Shown: positions 1-11,199, counted from the first letter of the stretch. The stretch: 64,000 nt of DNA from an uncultured Chloroflexia bacterium (GCA_963797095.1 CAWCNY010000001.1:256001-320000); one strand, 5' to 3'. Program-made: numbers and translations. Notes: generated from the sequence alone by a model not told the origin.

Positions 1-119
1 GGAGTGTGGCGATGCAGGTGGTGCATGCAGCGCACCTTCCGGTGCTGTTGATACGCCCGCACGAAATCGTCGCAGAGGAAGCGGCGGGGAAGAGAGAACA
101 AGAACCTGCTGAGGTTTAG
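1..119 (+). CDS. Universal stress protein (USP), C-terminal end (partial at window edge)
   Basis: Frame from base 3 reads SVAMQVVHAAHLPVLLIRP...EPAEV*, the typical USP C-terminal GSV-x-VxxxA-x-PVLLI motif; stop TAG at 117-119. Confidence 0.75.
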   Translation, partial: SVAMQVVHAAHLPVLLIRPHEIVAEEAAGKREQEPAEV

Positions 120-138
120 GCAGACCTAAAAGGCTGGG

Positions 139-166
139 CGGGGTGGGCGCTAAGCCCACCCCGTTT
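139..166 (+). terminator. Intrinsic terminator hairpin
   Basis: CGGGGTGGGC-gctaa-GCCCACCCCG perfect 10-bp stem followed by TTT, just after the USP stop. Confidence 0.65.
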
Positions 167-229
167 GTATTGCCCAGGGATACTCTATGAGGTTACAATA
201 GGCCCTATCAGGGCCGAGGCCGCCCGGCT

Positions 230-1468
230 ATGGGCGACGCCAAGCTATGGCCCGAAGGCACGCCGGTGCGAGTACTTGTTCTGAACAGCGGCAGTTCTAC
301 CTTGAAGTTCGACCTGGTGGAGGTTGGGTCGGGAGATGACGCCGCTGGCGTGGTGCGTGTGGCGCATGGACTTGTGGACCGCATTGGCAGCGACGAAGCG
401 ACCTTGACCCTGAGCGCTGGAGATCGAAAGGTTGAGAGGGCCGCCGCCGCAACGGAGTACAGTCAGGCAGTCGGGGAAGCACTGGATGCGCTGGGCTCGC
501 TGTCCACAGGCGAGGTGGAGGCAATAGGCCATCGAGTTGTGCATGGCGGCGAGCGATTCGTATCTCCAACCTTGTTGGATGATGGGGTAATCGCCGCTCT
601 CGCGGACTTGAGCGAGCTTGCGCCGTTGCACAATCCGCCCGCGCTGGAGGTTATCCAGGCTGCGCGCCTGGCGGTAGGCCCCATCATGCCGATGGTGGCG
701 GTGTTCGATACCGCCTTTCACAGCAGCCTTCCTCCGGTGGCACGCACCTACGCGCTGCCTCACGATATGGCTCTGCGGTATGGGGTGAGACGATACGGAT
801 TCCACGGAATCGCCCACCAGTTCATGCTTGAGAGCTATAGCCGAATCACAGGGATGCCCAGCGAACAAGCCACGATTATTACGCTGCAACTTGGAAATGG
901 GTGTTCGGCGTGTGCCATACGCAACGGGCAGTCGGTCGATACGTCAATGGGCTTTACGCCGCTGGAAGGTCTGGTGATGGGCACGCGCTCAGGCGATATA
1001 GATCCAGGCATTGTAGGGTGGCTGGCGGAGCATGAGGGGATTTCAGCCGAAGAGGTTGTCACCTTGCTGAACAAGAAGTCGGGGCTGCTCGGTGTCTCGG
1101 GGAAAACGAGCGACATGCGCACACTGCTTGAGAGTCGCGAGCGGGATGAGGCGGCTGACCTGGCAATTGAGATATTTTGCTACAGGGTGCGCAAATATAT
1201 AGGTGCGTACCTGGTAGCGCTGGGAGGAGCCAGGGCGGTGGTGTTTGGGGGCGGGATCGGAGAGCACGCACCCTATGTTCGCCGGCGCATCCTCGACGGA
1301 ATGGAGTGGTACGGGCTGAGGCTCGATGCCGGACGTAACGGGCAGGCCACCGGCAGCGAGATGAAGATAAGCAGCGAGCGGTCGGACGTGGAAGTGTATG
1401 TGGTGCCTGTTGACGAAGCGGTGCTGATAGCCCGGCAAACGCGCGACTGTTTGGGGAGTAGCGAGTAG
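230..1468 (+). CDS. ackA: Acetate/propionate kinase
   Basis: Motifs VLVLNSGSSTLKF, GHRVVHGG, APLHNP, VAVFDTAFH, RRYGFHG, TSMGFTPLEGLVMGTRSGDIDP, GGIGE; true start may be GTG 266. Confidence 0.95.
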   Translation: MGDAKLWPEGTPVRVLVLNSGSSTLKFDLVEVGSGDDAAGVVRVAHGLVDRIGSDEATLTLSAGDRKVERAAAATEYSQAVGEALDALGSLSTGEVEAIGHRVVHGGERFVSPTLLDDGVIAALADLSELAPLHNPPALEVIQAARLAVGPIMPMVAVFDTAFHSSLPPVARTYALPHDMALRYGVRRYGFHGIAHQFMLESYSRITGMPSEQATIITLQLGNGCSACAIRNGQSVDTSMGFTPLEGLVMGTRSGDIDPGIVGWLAEHEGISAEEVVTLLNKKSGLLGVSGKTSDMRTLLESRERDEAADLAIEIFCYRVRKYIGAYLVALGGARAVVFGGGIGEHAPYVRRRILDGMEWYGLRLDAGRNGQATGSEMKISSERSDVEVYVVPVDEAVLIARQTRDCLGSSE

Positions 1469-1535
1469 CGAGTGCCGAGTATTTTGCGGAGGTGTATACT
1501 ATAGCCGGGCCACCGAGCCTGGCAATTGTATCGCA

Positions 1536-3398
1536 ATGATCAGACCCTCCAAGTCACAACTCCCCTTCATTATCATTGTCGCCCTTTTTTGTGTTTACGG
1601 GCTGATCTTTATCTACACAACGAGCTTTGTGGTGGGCGGCGAGCGGTACTTCTCGCTGTTCGATGACGCCATGATCTCGATGAGGTACGCGAAGAACTTC
1701 GCGGGTGGATATGGGCTGGTCTGGAATCCGGGAGCAGCGCCTGTTGAGGGTTATACGAACCCTCTGTGGGTGGGTTTCATGGCCTTCTGGCATCTCTTCC
1801 CGATCCCGGCCTCGAAGATGAGCCTGGCGATACAGTTGAGCGCTCTCGCGCTGCTGGTGGCGAACCTGTTCTTTGTGCGCAGGATTGCCCTGCTTATATC
1901 GGGCGGCTCGGACACGGTAGCGCTTATTGCCGTGGTGCTGACTGCGCTCTATTTGCCTCTCAACAACTGGAGCTTGCAGGGCATGGAGGTGGCCGCGCTC
2001 GCGCCCCTTGCTTCGTGGGCAGTGTGGCTGGCGCTGCGCACTTTGCAAACCTGGCGGTTTTCTCAGGCGGTCTATTTTCTCCTGGGGATTGGCACCCTCA
2101 TAAGGATGGATGCGGCGGTGATCCTGTTGGTGGTTACTTTGTTTCTTGCCGTTGCGGACAAGGAGAACAGGGCCAATCACTTGCTCTGTGGGTTCGGCGC
2201 GCTATTCTTGTTCGTGGGCGCGCAAACTCTGCTCAGGCTGGTCTATTACGGTGACTGGCTTCCGAATACCTATCATCTGAAACTGGAGGGGTTCCCGCTG
2301 CTGGGGAGATTGGCGAGAGGGCTCTATGTGCTGGGGTGGTTTGTCGCCAGCATGAGCCTGGTGGTATTCCTGGGGGCCTTTTATGTGGTCGTGGCGCGCC
2401 GCGACAAATATGTATTGCTGCTGGCATCGGTATTCCTGTCGCAGGTGGCATACAGCGTGTACGTTGGTGGCGATGCCTGGGAGTGGTGGGGCGGGAGCAA
2501 CCGCTACATTAGCATCGTAATGCCCGTATTCCTGACTCTGCTGGCATATAGCCTGTGGTATCTACTCTCAGGAAGCGGTGCAGCCGCGAGATGGTGGCGC
2601 GGGCTCGTGGATAGGGTTCCGGTGGCGGGTGCCGCTCACCTTGCCATTTTGTTGGGGCTGCTGGCCTGGGCCGCAATCGTGAATTACGGGGGAGCATCGG
2701 TGGGCCTGCCTGCATGGGGCGTGGCGATAGCGGTGTGGGTGGCTGCCGGGTTCGGAATCAGGTGGTGGGTGGGGCGGTCAGCGCCGGTAGGGGGCGCGAG
2801 CGGGAGCAGGCTCGGTGCGATCCTCAAGGCTGTGGCTTTGCCTGCCGTGCTGCTGCTGGCTATGATCGACCTGAATTCGCTGTACGTGCCGGGAGGCATC
2901 CTGGAGTGGTTGCTGGTCAAGACGCCTGTGCAGGTGCACAACAACCCGTCGATGGTTGAGAGGGCGCTGGTGCTCAGGCAGGTACTCAAACCCGGTGCGA
3001 GCTATGCGGTGGTGTGGGCCGGGATAATCCCATACTTCGCCGGTGGGGACGCAATCGACCTGCTGGGGAAGAATGACCGCACCATCGCGCAGGAGCCGAT
3101 GCACGAATATGTGGGAGCACCGCGTCCCGACTTCTACTTCTACCCGGGCCACATGAAATACGACTACGCTTATTCGGTCGGGCAGTTGCAGCCCGATTCT
3201 ATCGTGCAGTTCTGGTCTCTTGATCCCGATCCGCCCGACGAGCCTCCCAGCGTTGTGCCATTTATCGCGCGGCCTTACGTGGACGGCAGCTATGTACGCG
3301 CCGACTTCGGCTCTCTCTATATCTACCTTCAGAAGGACTCGCCTGATGTAAGATGGGATATTGTGCGCCAACTGGGGCATCCGACCTCCGGACATTAA
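1536..3398 (+). CDS. Polytopic membrane glycosyltransferase, GT-C fold (ArnT/PMT/AftB-like)
   Basis: DDAMISMRYAKN..GLVWNPG..VEGYTNPLW after the first TM helix, many TM segments, GME and RMD loop motifs, YYGDWLPNT, C-terminal DLLG/PGH motifs. Confidence 0.7.
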   Translation: MIRPSKSQLPFIIIVALFCVYGLIFIYTTSFVVGGERYFSLFDDAMISMRYAKNFAGGYGLVWNPGAAPVEGYTNPLWVGFMAFWHLFPIPASKMSLAIQLSALALLVANLFFVRRIALLISGGSDTVALIAVVLTALYLPLNNWSLQGMEVAALAPLASWAVWLALRTLQTWRFSQAVYFLLGIGTLIRMDAAVILLVVTLFLAVADKENRANHLLCGFGALFLFVGAQTLLRLVYYGDWLPNTYHLKLEGFPLLGRLARGLYVLGWFVASMSLVVFLGAFYVVVARRDKYVLLLASVFLSQVAYSVYVGGDAWEWWGGSNRYISIVMPVFLTLLAYSLWYLLSGSGAAARWWRGLVDRVPVAGAAHLAILLGLLAWAAIVNYGGASVGLPAWGVAIAVWVAAGFGIRWWVGRSAPVGGASGSRLGAILKAVALPAVLLLAMIDLNSLYVPGGILEWLLVKTPVQVHNNPSMVERALVLRQVLKPGASYAVVWAGIIPYFAGGDAIDLLGKNDRTIAQEPMHEYVGAPRPDFYFYPGHMKYDYAYSVGQLQPDSIVQFWSLDPDPPDEPPSVVPFIARPYVDGSYVRADFGSLYIYLQKDSPDVRWDIVRQLGHPTSGH

Positions 3399-3538
3399 AC
3401 AGCGGTACAGGAGCGGCTGGAGCTGGAGTGGTTACGGAGGGGTCGCAAACCCTGTCGCCCAAGTTCCTGCTCCATATTGATGTGATACTTGCCATGCAGG
3501 TTGATGTGCTCGTGGCGCGCTGGCGAGAGGTGCTTCAA
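3395..3538 (-). pseudogene. Tn3-family transposase C-terminal remnant
   Basis: Minus strand reads LKHLSPARHEHINLHGKYHINMEQELGRQGLRPLR, matching the Tn3 TnpA C-terminal HLSP..EHIN..GxY...LRPLR pattern; not in the ORF track. Confidence 0.7.
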
Positions 3539-3605
3539 TTACCGCACACTGCACACTATAGGTAACGTTGCGTGCGTTGGGGCGGTTGAGGATGGTGGTT
3601 GAGTT

Positions 3606-4092
3606 CTATCCACCCAAGCTTTGGGCGATGGTATCAACTGTTGCGTGAGCTTCATCTCGCCGCTGAGCAGCTGTCGCCAGGTATCCTTTGGGTGCTGCTA
3701 GACGCACGAACACAGCGATAATTTCCTTGGGTGTAGGATAATAGTCCAGCAGTATGGGTCCAGTGTGTCGCGCCCCGGTCCAGAAATCCTCCCACTCCCC
3801 GTCCGGCAAGTAGATGGTTTGTTGCGTGGCCCCTTCGCCTGCTACGGGAGCTACCAGCAACGCATCACCCAGCTGGTACTGGTACGCGAACTCGTATACC
3901 TGCCGATCCAGGGGGTACTCGATTGGGAGGGCACGCATGAGGGGCACACCGGTCTCGCTGGCCTTGCGAGCCTCTTCATACAGGTAAGGCAACAGGCGCA
4001 TGCGCAGCTGAGCGTAGCGGCGAAATACGGGAATCACGTCCGGGTCGCCTGTGCGCTCCTGTATATTCCACGGCGTGCGGGCTCGGCTTGGT
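3606..4092 (-). pseudogene. Glycoside hydrolase family 31 (alpha-glucosidase/xylosidase), C-terminal fragment truncated by IS6
   Basis: RTPWN..RRYAQLRMRLLPYLY..GVPLMRAL..YP.D..QYQLGDALLVAPV..YLPDGEWEDFWTG; homology ends at the IS6 left end (4093). Confidence 0.85.
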
Positions 4093-4377
4093 GGAAGCGT
4101 CAGAACTCGGACCACACACTTGGCCACGGGTAATGCATCGGTTATCCTGATAAGAAACCGAACTGAGGCTCACTGATGAATTGCCCGCACTGTTCATCCT
4201 CCTCAACCACTCGGCTTTCCAGAAAGACAGCCCTGGGCTACAGCGTCTTCCGTTGCAGGCAGTGTCACCGCATCTTCAACGAGCGGACCGGCACTCCTTT
4301 CAACTTCCTGGAATTCCCAACAGACATCGTGCTCCTGGTCGTGCTGTGGAGACTCCGGTATAAGCTAAGCCTAAGGG

Positions 4378-5853
4378 TATTGGTGACAAGTTAAGGTCAT
4401 GTGCATGATGTCAAGCTGTTTTGCTGCTGGATTTGGGTCGAGAGGTTGGGTAGAATCATGCATGAGCACATCTTCCAACCCTTCCAAACCAAAGAACAGC
4501 AGCGTCCGCCATACTCGCGCTATACAGCGGGACCGCTCCAAGCGTCCTACTGTGGGACCGCCTGCCGCTGCAGTGGAGCAGAGGCTGACTGAACTTATCC
4601 ACCCTGCTACCTATGCCCAGATAGCTGCCTATCAGGTCATGGGCTTGCGCCACCGCATCCTGACTTTGCCGGTGATGATGGCCTTCGCGTTGAGCATGAT
4701 CTGGCGTCAGATCGGCTCGGTGCGAGAAGCCGTGAGGGTACTGCATGAAGATGGAGTACTGTGGGTGCCTCCTGTGTCGGTGTCGCAACAAGCTGTAAAC
4801 CAGCGTCTGAGGACTATGCCCGCCTCGCTGTTCAGGCAGGTGCTCCTGGATGTGCTGCCCCTCATGCATGACCGCTGGCACGCTTCAGTGCGCCCCTTGC
4901 CAAGCGTGCTCACCTGGGCCAAGGGGCATTACACGGGTGTGGTGGCTTTCGATGGGTCCACCCTTGACACTTTGCTGCGTAAAGTGGGTCTGCTGCAAGA
5001 GCTCCCTGACAAGCACTCGGCCCTGTTGGGTGGGCGCATCGCGGGGGTGCTCGACCTGTGTTCTCGCTTGCCTGTGCACATCATTTATGAACCGGATAGT
5101 GCGGCGCACGACCAACTCTTCTGGGACGGGATCATCGAGACGTTGGAGAGTGGGCTGTTGGCCTTGTTTGACATGGGCTTTGTCAACTACACCTTCTTCG
5201 ACCGCCTCACCGAGCGAGGAGTGAGTATGCTGACCCCTCTCAAGGCGAATGCGGCCATACAAGTGGTGCGGGTGCTGCAACAGACGGACAGCATACACGA
5301 CTATGAAGTGGTGTTGGGTCAGGGCACCACACGCTGTGCTCACCCGATGCGGGTAGTGGAAATATCGGTGAAAGGCAAGTGGTACCGCTACCTGACCAAC
5401 GTGACCGACCCCCACAGATTGCCGGCTGAGCAGGTGGCGGCGTTGTATGCTGAGCGGTGGCGCATGGAAGATGCCTTCAACATCGTCAAGCGTCTGCTGG
5501 GACTGGCCTACTTCTGGTGTGGAGCGTCCAACGCCGTGCAGGTGCAGGTATGGGCCACCTGGATACTGTATGCGGTGCTGGTGGACCTCACCGACGCAGT
5601 GGCTGAGGCGGTAAGGCAGCCATTCAAGGCAATATCGTTGGAGATGGTGTTCCGGGCATTGTACCATTACACGCAAGCCTGTCAACGTCTGCGAGAGCAA
5701 GGGCGAGACCCTACCCTGGAGCTTGATGTGGTAGACTACCTGGCTCGCAAGGCCAAGGACCTTGACCTGCTCAAGCAGAAACGTCGTTGTCGTGCTTCTC
5801 ATGCTCAATCTGCTGTTTGACATCCCTGTGATTACCTTAACTTGTCACCAATA
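4378..5853 (+). mobile_element. IS4-family insertion sequence, apparently intact (1476 bp)
   Basis: Perfect 20-bp TIRs TATTGGTGACAAGTTAAGGT (4378-4397 / 5834-5853); 9-bp target duplication GCCTAAGGG (4369-4377 / 5854-5862). Confidence 0.93.
4462..5820 (+). CDS. IS4-family DDE transposase
   Basis: DDE motifs AFDGST, FDMGF, YAERWRMEDAFNIVKR (Y-2-R-3-E-6-K signature); likely start ATG 4462 (ORF open from 4399). Confidence 0.92.
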   Translation: MSTSSNPSKPKNSSVRHTRAIQRDRSKRPTVGPPAAAVEQRLTELIHPATYAQIAAYQVMGLRHRILTLPVMMAFALSMIWRQIGSVREAVRVLHEDGVLWVPPVSVSQQAVNQRLRTMPASLFRQVLLDVLPLMHDRWHASVRPLPSVLTWAKGHYTGVVAFDGSTLDTLLRKVGLLQELPDKHSALLGGRIAGVLDLCSRLPVHIIYEPDSAAHDQLFWDGIIETLESGLLALFDMGFVNYTFFDRLTERGVSMLTPLKANAAIQVVRVLQQTDSIHDYEVVLGQGTTRCAHPMRVVEISVKGKWYRYLTNVTDPHRLPAEQVAALYAERWRMEDAFNIVKRLLGLAYFWCGASNAVQVQVWATWILYAVLVDLTDAVAEAVRQPFKAISLEMVFRALYHYTQACQRLREQGRDPTLELDVVDYLARKAKDLDLLKQKRRCRASHAQSAV

Positions 5854-6291
5854 GCCTAAGGGATCTAGCAGAGATGTTCGCAGAGATGTTCCTGGTGCGC
5901 GGCTTCGAGTTCACTCACGAGGCAGTATGAGATTGGGAGGAGCGCTTCGCTCCCTTGATAACAGAGCAACTGCGCTCCAGGCATGGGGGCAAAGCCGGAA
6001 AATCATGGTATTGCGACGAAACCTACGTCCGCGTCGGTGGAAAATGGTGCTACCTGTACAGGGCAATCGACCGGGGTGGCAATCTGGTAGACTCGATCCT
6101 CTCGGAGCACCGCGATATGGCCTCCGCCAAGGGCTTCTTTACTCAGGCAAAAAAGGAAGATTGCGAGTTCCCAGTTCTGACGCTTCCCACTCGGTGGCAT
6201 TGTCCGGACCACGTCTGCTCCCAAGTATCGTTCGCGGACGAAGATAAAAACGAGTACGATCAGAACATCCAGATTGCCGACCTAAACATGC

Positions 6292-6633
6292 TCAACGCAG
6301 CAATCGCAGAGCCTCCTCCCCGAAAGCGATATCATCAAGCGAATTGCGCGGGGAGGCGACCAGATAGCTGAAGAACTGCCCGGGGTCCGTGTCGCCCTCG
6401 TCCAGCGACAGCCAGGACACGCGCACCCGGTCGGGGCCAGCCTTACCTGCCAGCTGGTGCGCCCAGGTACTCAGCAGCGTAGTCTTACCGAAACCAGGCG
6501 GAGCAGACAGCAGGGCCAGCCGCGTATCCTCGCGCAGAGCCTCGTCCAGGACTATTACCAGACGTGTCCGCTCGGTCACTCTGGTGCGGGGAGGAGGTAT
6601 AGCTATCTTGGTTGGGATGATAGGGGCAGACAC
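6292..6633 (-). pseudogene. MalT-like LuxR/STAND regulator, N-terminal fragment
   Basis: TKIAIPPPR..RTRL..LLSAPPGFGKTTLL..WLSLDEGDTDP; breaks down towards the IS6 right end; divergent paralog of the gene at 6836. Confidence 0.8.
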
Positions 6634-6821
6634 AGTTTATTCGATTATCCAATCCTTATCAGCTTGACCAGGCGATGAAGGGCCACAGACCACGCCGGAA
6701 AGCTGCGGTGATACCGCCCCATCGGTTGCCTGAATGGAGACCGAAGGCGTCCTTCCTACAAGTATATCCCTTTGGGAACAATGGGAATAGGCTCATTCTC
6801 ATACCTCTTGCGCGGCTGACA

Positions 6822-6838
6822 GGTATAATTAACCCATG
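6822..6838 (+). promoter_or_regulatory. -10 box directly upstream of ATG (probable leaderless transcript)
   Basis: TATAAT at 6824-6829, six nt before ATG 6836, no Shine-Dalgarno. Confidence 0.5.
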
Positions 6839-9732
6839 TCCACTCATACGCCAATCCTGTCCACCAAGCTCTACATCCCGCCACCTCCGGCTAAGGTTGT
6901 CGTGCGTCATCGCCTCGTAGAGCGACTGAATGAGGGAGTGCACCGCAAGCTAATCCTCATCGCTGCTCCTGCAGGCTCCGGCAAGACCACTCTCCTTAGC
7001 GCCTGGATCGCAGGACTGCAATCCAGTGGTGAGCATGCTCCGAAGTTCGCCTGGCTGTCCCTTGACGAAGAGGACGGCGACCCTGCTCGCTTTGTCACGT
7101 ATCTGATCGCTGCGCTACGCACCGCTGTGCCCAACATTGGAGAGGAACCACTGGCTCTGCTCCAATCCTTACAATCATCCCAGCCACCTCCGCTGGATGC
7201 GATACTTACTTCTCTGCTCAATGACATCACCGCGGCTCCGGATAGCGTATTCCTGATCCTCGACGACTACCATCTTATCGACTCTCAACCAGTCGATAAT
7301 GCCATGACCTTTCTGTTGGAGCACATGCCGCCGCCCATGCACCTGGTAATCGCCACTCGCGAGGATCCACCTCTGCCCCTGGCTCGGCTGCGTGCTCGAG
7401 GCCAGTTGACCGAACTTCGCGTCACAGACTTGCGCTTTACCAACTCCGAGGCCGCAGCCTTCCTGAATGAGACAATGGGTCTGACGATCGCGGCGGAAGA
7501 TATAACCGCACTGGAGAAGCGCACCGAGGGCTGGATTGCAGGCCTGCAATTGGCGGCCATTTCCTTGCAGGGGCACGACGATATCCACTCCGTCATCCGC
7601 TCATTCGCGGGCGACCACCGCTACATCGCAGACTACCTGGTGGAAGAGGTCCTGCAGAACCAGCACGAGTCCGTCCGCGCGTTCCTCCTCCAGACCTCTA
7701 TCCTCGACCGGCTGTGCGGACCACTTTGCGATGCCGTGACGGAACAACGAGGAGGCAAAGCGCAGTTAGAGGCGCTGGAGCGGGGCAACTTCTTTGTCGT
7801 CCCTCTGGATGACAGGCGGTACTGGTATCGATATCACCACCTGTTTGCTGAAGTTCTGCACGCCCACCTTGCTTCCGAACAACCCGATCATCTACCAATT
7901 CTGCACAGGCGAGCAAGCGAGTGGTACGAGCACAATGGTTCCGCGGCAGACGCCATGCCCCAGGCGATACACCACGCCTTGGCAGCCCGCGATTTCGAGC
8001 GAGCTGCAAACCTGGCCGAGCAGACGGTACCGGCTGTGCGCAGGAGCAGACAGGAGCCGATGTTGGGCGGCTGGCTCAAGGCCTTGCCCGACGAACTGTT
8101 CCATGTTCGGCCCGTGCTCAGCGTCTGGTATGCCCACACTCTCCTGTCCGCGGGCGAGTTGGGCCGTGTTGAGGGCCTCCTGCATAGAGCCGAACAATGG
8201 CTTGGGGCTTCGAGTTCCGAGGACGCGGCTGAGGCGGCCAGGGTACGGGCCCCCGAAGGGGAAGGCCCCGGCGGCAGCCAGGGAGGCATGGTCGTCGCGG
8301 ACAAAGAGGAGTTCCGCCGCCTTCCGGGTGCGATCGCGATTGCACGTGCCGGGCTAGCCATGGCCCTGGGCGATGTGGCCGGGGCCATCAGGTACGCCCG
8401 GCGGGTGCTCGAAGCGGTACCCGAGGACGACTATAATTCACGGGGAGGCGCCGAGGCGTTCCTGGGGCTCGCGGCCTGGCCGAGCGGGGATCTCGATGCG
8501 GCGTTCGACTCTTTTGCCAGGGGCGTCGCTCACATGCAGATGGCCGGGCAGATCTCTGACGTAGTCGGGGGAGCGACCATACTGGCTGAAATACGGATTG
8601 CCCAGGGCCGCCCGAACGAGGCCCTGCGCATTTATGAGCATGGGTTACAGCTCGCAGAACAGGTCTCGAGGGAACAAAGTGAACCTCCCCTACGAGGAAC
8701 GGCAGATATGCACGTGGGAATAGGCGGGATACTCTGTGAGCGTAGCGACCTGGCCGGCGCCGCACAACACCTGCTGAAAAGCAAGGAACTGGGCGAGCAC
8801 ACCAGCTTCCTGCGGAACCGGTACCGCTGGTGCGTTGCCATGGCTCGGGTACGAGAAGCCCAGGGTGACCTGGGCGGGGCTGTAGACTTGCTGAACGAGG
8901 CAGAGCGGGTGTATGTGAGCGACTTCTTCCCCAATGTGCGTCCCATATCAGCGTTGAAGGCACGCGTGTTCGTGCTGCAGGGCAGGTTGGGCGAAGCCCT
9001 CGCCTGGGTACGCGAGCAAGGTCTGTCCGCCGAGGACGACTTGAGCTATCTGCGCGAGTTCGAGCACATTACGCTTGCCAGGGTCCTGCTGGCTCGGCAC
9101 AAGAGCGAGAAGCCGACGGAGCCCACACGGCGGACAGCTCAGCAGAGGCATGGGATCTCCTGGAGCGCCTTTTGCAGGCGGCGGAAGAAGGTGGGAGGAT
9201 GGGAAGTGTCATCGAAATCCTGATTCTGCACGCACTTTCCCACCAGGTGCAAGGTGATATGCCTGCTCTCTCTTGCGTCGCTGGAGCGGGCCTTACACTT
9301 GCCGAGCCGGAGGGCTACGTCCGCACATTCGTGGGCGAAGGACCAGCTATGACTGCCCTGCTTGAAGAGGCCGGGAAGCGTGGGTCGTTCCTCGCTATGT
9401 CGAGTCAGCTGCTGGCGGCTGTTTTGGGTCTTCGCGCCACGAATTCAGGCTCGCCCGGAAGAGCAGGCGGATCAGGCCGGGACACTAGCCCGGGAGAGAC
9501 AGAACATTCAGGGTAGCAAGCCATCAGGCAAGTCCTGCCTGAGCCGCTGAGTGAACGCGAGCTTGAGGTGCTGCGGCTGCTGCGGAGCGACCTGAGCGGT
9601 CCGGAGATCGCCCGGGCCCTTATGGTGTCCTTGAACACCATGAACACCCACGCCAAGAACATCTACACCAAGCTCGGAGTGAACAACCGCCGTGCAGCGG
9701 TGCGCCGCGCCGAGGAACTCCAACTGTTGTAG
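6836..9732 (+). pseudogene. MalT-like ATP-dependent LuxR regulator (frameshifted near 9.1-9.5 kb; true pseudogene or sequencing errors)
   Basis: P-loop APAGSGKTT, LILDDYH, TEGWIAGLQL, YRYHHLF, TPR-like region; continues in other frames (9172-9516) and ends with LuxR HTH EPLSERELEVLRLL..HAKNIYTKLGVNNR at TAG 9732. Confidence 0.85.
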
Positions 9733-9843
9733 CTATAGCTGAAAAGCAATCATAGCCGGATAGACACCACGCGCTTGAGCCCCACAGGTCGAATGAACCG
9801 CCTGCCGGGGCTTTTTCATCCCCCGCCCACCAGGGCCGGGCTC

Positions 9844-9897
9844 GATCAACAGCAGATCACCATGTCGATCACCAGATATTGTGATGCCCTCTCACCA
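9844..9897. promoter_or_regulatory. Phased GATCACCA repeats, candidate binding sites for the MalT-like regulator
   Basis: GATCAACA 9844, GATCACCA 9855 and 9867, inverted TGTGAT 9880, CTCACCA 9891; 11-12 bp spacing upstream of the next operon. Confidence 0.5.
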
Positions 9898-9987
9898 TGT
9901 TGACCGGTAGATTGTGGTCAGAGACAAGAACGAGGGCAACCAACCGAAACATTCATCACGAACTTGGAAAACTGCACGAGGTACAGA

Positions 9988-10281
9988 ATGAACGAGACAC
10001 AAATATCAGCAGAAGGTTACGACGAGCCCGGAGTTTATGAGATCCGTGTCAGGGGACACCTCGATGACAGGTGGGCAGCCCGGTTCGACGGCCTGACTCT
10101 CACACGCGAAGGCAAGGGCGATACTGTTCTAACGGGCCAGGTGGTCGACCAGTCTGCCCTGTACGGCTTATTGAGAAAAGTGCGCGATATAGGAGTGCCG
10201 CTGATCTCGGTGACCCTCGTTGGAGCCGGCCGGATTCAGGCGGACAACACAAAAAGGAGGTTGCCTTTGACAGATGTGTAG
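9988..10281 (+). CDS. Small conserved hypothetical protein typically found beside MalT-like LuxR genes
   Basis: YEIRVRGHLDDRWAARFDGLTL..TVLTGQVVDQSALYGLLRKVRDIGVPLISV. Confidence 0.75.
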   Translation: MNETQISAEGYDEPGVYEIRVRGHLDDRWAARFDGLTLTREGKGDTVLTGQVVDQSALYGLLRKVRDIGVPLISVTLVGAGRIQADNTKRRLPLTDV

Positions 10282-10459
10282 CCCCTTTCAGGCATCATGA
10301 ACGGAGAAAGGGCCCAGAGAACTAACTCAGCCCGGAACACTACAACAACCCAACCGGAGCAACCTCACATTCGAAGGAGACAAGGAGATGAACAGCATGA
10401 ATACCAATCGCCAGACCTTAGCGTTCAAAGAAAACAACAAGCAGAACAAGGAGAATGAA

Positions 10460-11182
10460 ATGAAGATATCGAAGACCTCCAAGATAACAGCCTCGAACCT
10501 CATCCGCTGGGCGGGCTTACCGGCCATAGTGGCAGGGATCATCTTCGCGGGCATTCAGCCAATCCATCCAACTGACGCCCTTTCGTCTCTCAACACCACC
10601 GCGTGGGCAATCATCACTCCCTTGAAGACGGTCATGTGCCTCTTCTTCATGCTCGGACTTACAGGCATCTACGCCAGGCAGGTAAACAAAGCCGGTTGGC
10701 TCGGTCTGGCCGGCTATCTCCTCTTTAGCCTCTCCTGGGCGGTCAACCTGGTCTTCATCTTCGCCGAAGCCTTTATCTTGCCGCCGTTGGCGACCGCAGC
10801 GCCGAAGTTTGCGCAGGACTTCATCTTCGGGGTCATTACCGGGCGTCCCACCGAGAGTAACCTCGGAGCCCTCCCAACGATATTTGCGCTAAATGGGATC
10901 TTCTATTTGCTCGGCGGCCTGCTGTTTGGCATCGCGACGATCCGCGTCGGCATCCTATCACGCTGGGCAGCGGGCCTCCTTGCTGTCACAGCTACGCTGA
11001 CCCCCTTGGCTGCGATGTTCCCGCACGAGACCCAGCGCTATGCGGGGATACCGGTCGGGATAGCTGTGGCATGGCTGGGCTATTCTCTGTGGTCTGAAAG
11101 GCGAGCTGAAGTGCGAGAGCAAGCGCAAGAGCCGCTACCCGGCACTATAAGCGCCCGGCTCAGCCAGACCACAGCCGAATAA
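10460..11182 (+). CDS. Hypothetical integral membrane protein
   Basis: About six hydrophobic helices; AAGGAG RBS before ATG 10460 (alternative start 10388). Confidence 0.75.
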   Translation: MKISKTSKITASNLIRWAGLPAIVAGIIFAGIQPIHPTDALSSLNTTAWAIITPLKTVMCLFFMLGLTGIYARQVNKAGWLGLAGYLLFSLSWAVNLVFIFAEAFILPPLATAAPKFAQDFIFGVITGRPTESNLGALPTIFALNGIFYLLGGLLFGIATIRVGILSRWAAGLLAVTATLTPLAAMFPHETQRYAGIPVGIAVAWLGYSLWSERRAEVREQAQEPLPGTISARLSQTTAE

Positions 11183-11199
11183 CAGGCCTCGCCATCGCA

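Larger units (their letters stand above)
4176..6160 (+). pseudogene. IS6 transposase (N-terminal zinc ribbon), split
   Basis: Pieces at 4176-4377 and 5863-~6155 rejoin in frame (KLSLR-DLAEM) when the IS4 and one TSD copy are removed. Confidence 0.85.
4093..6187 (+). mobile_element. IS6-family element, defective (interrupted by IS4, internal deletion)
   Basis: Inverted ends GGAAGCGTCAGAACT (4093) and AGTTCTGACGCTTCC (6173-6187); transposase MNCPHC..C..C..LRYKLSLR|DLAEMF..SWYCDETYVRVGGKWCYLYRAIDRGGNLVD, with a stop codon and a missing C-terminus. Confidence 0.85.
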
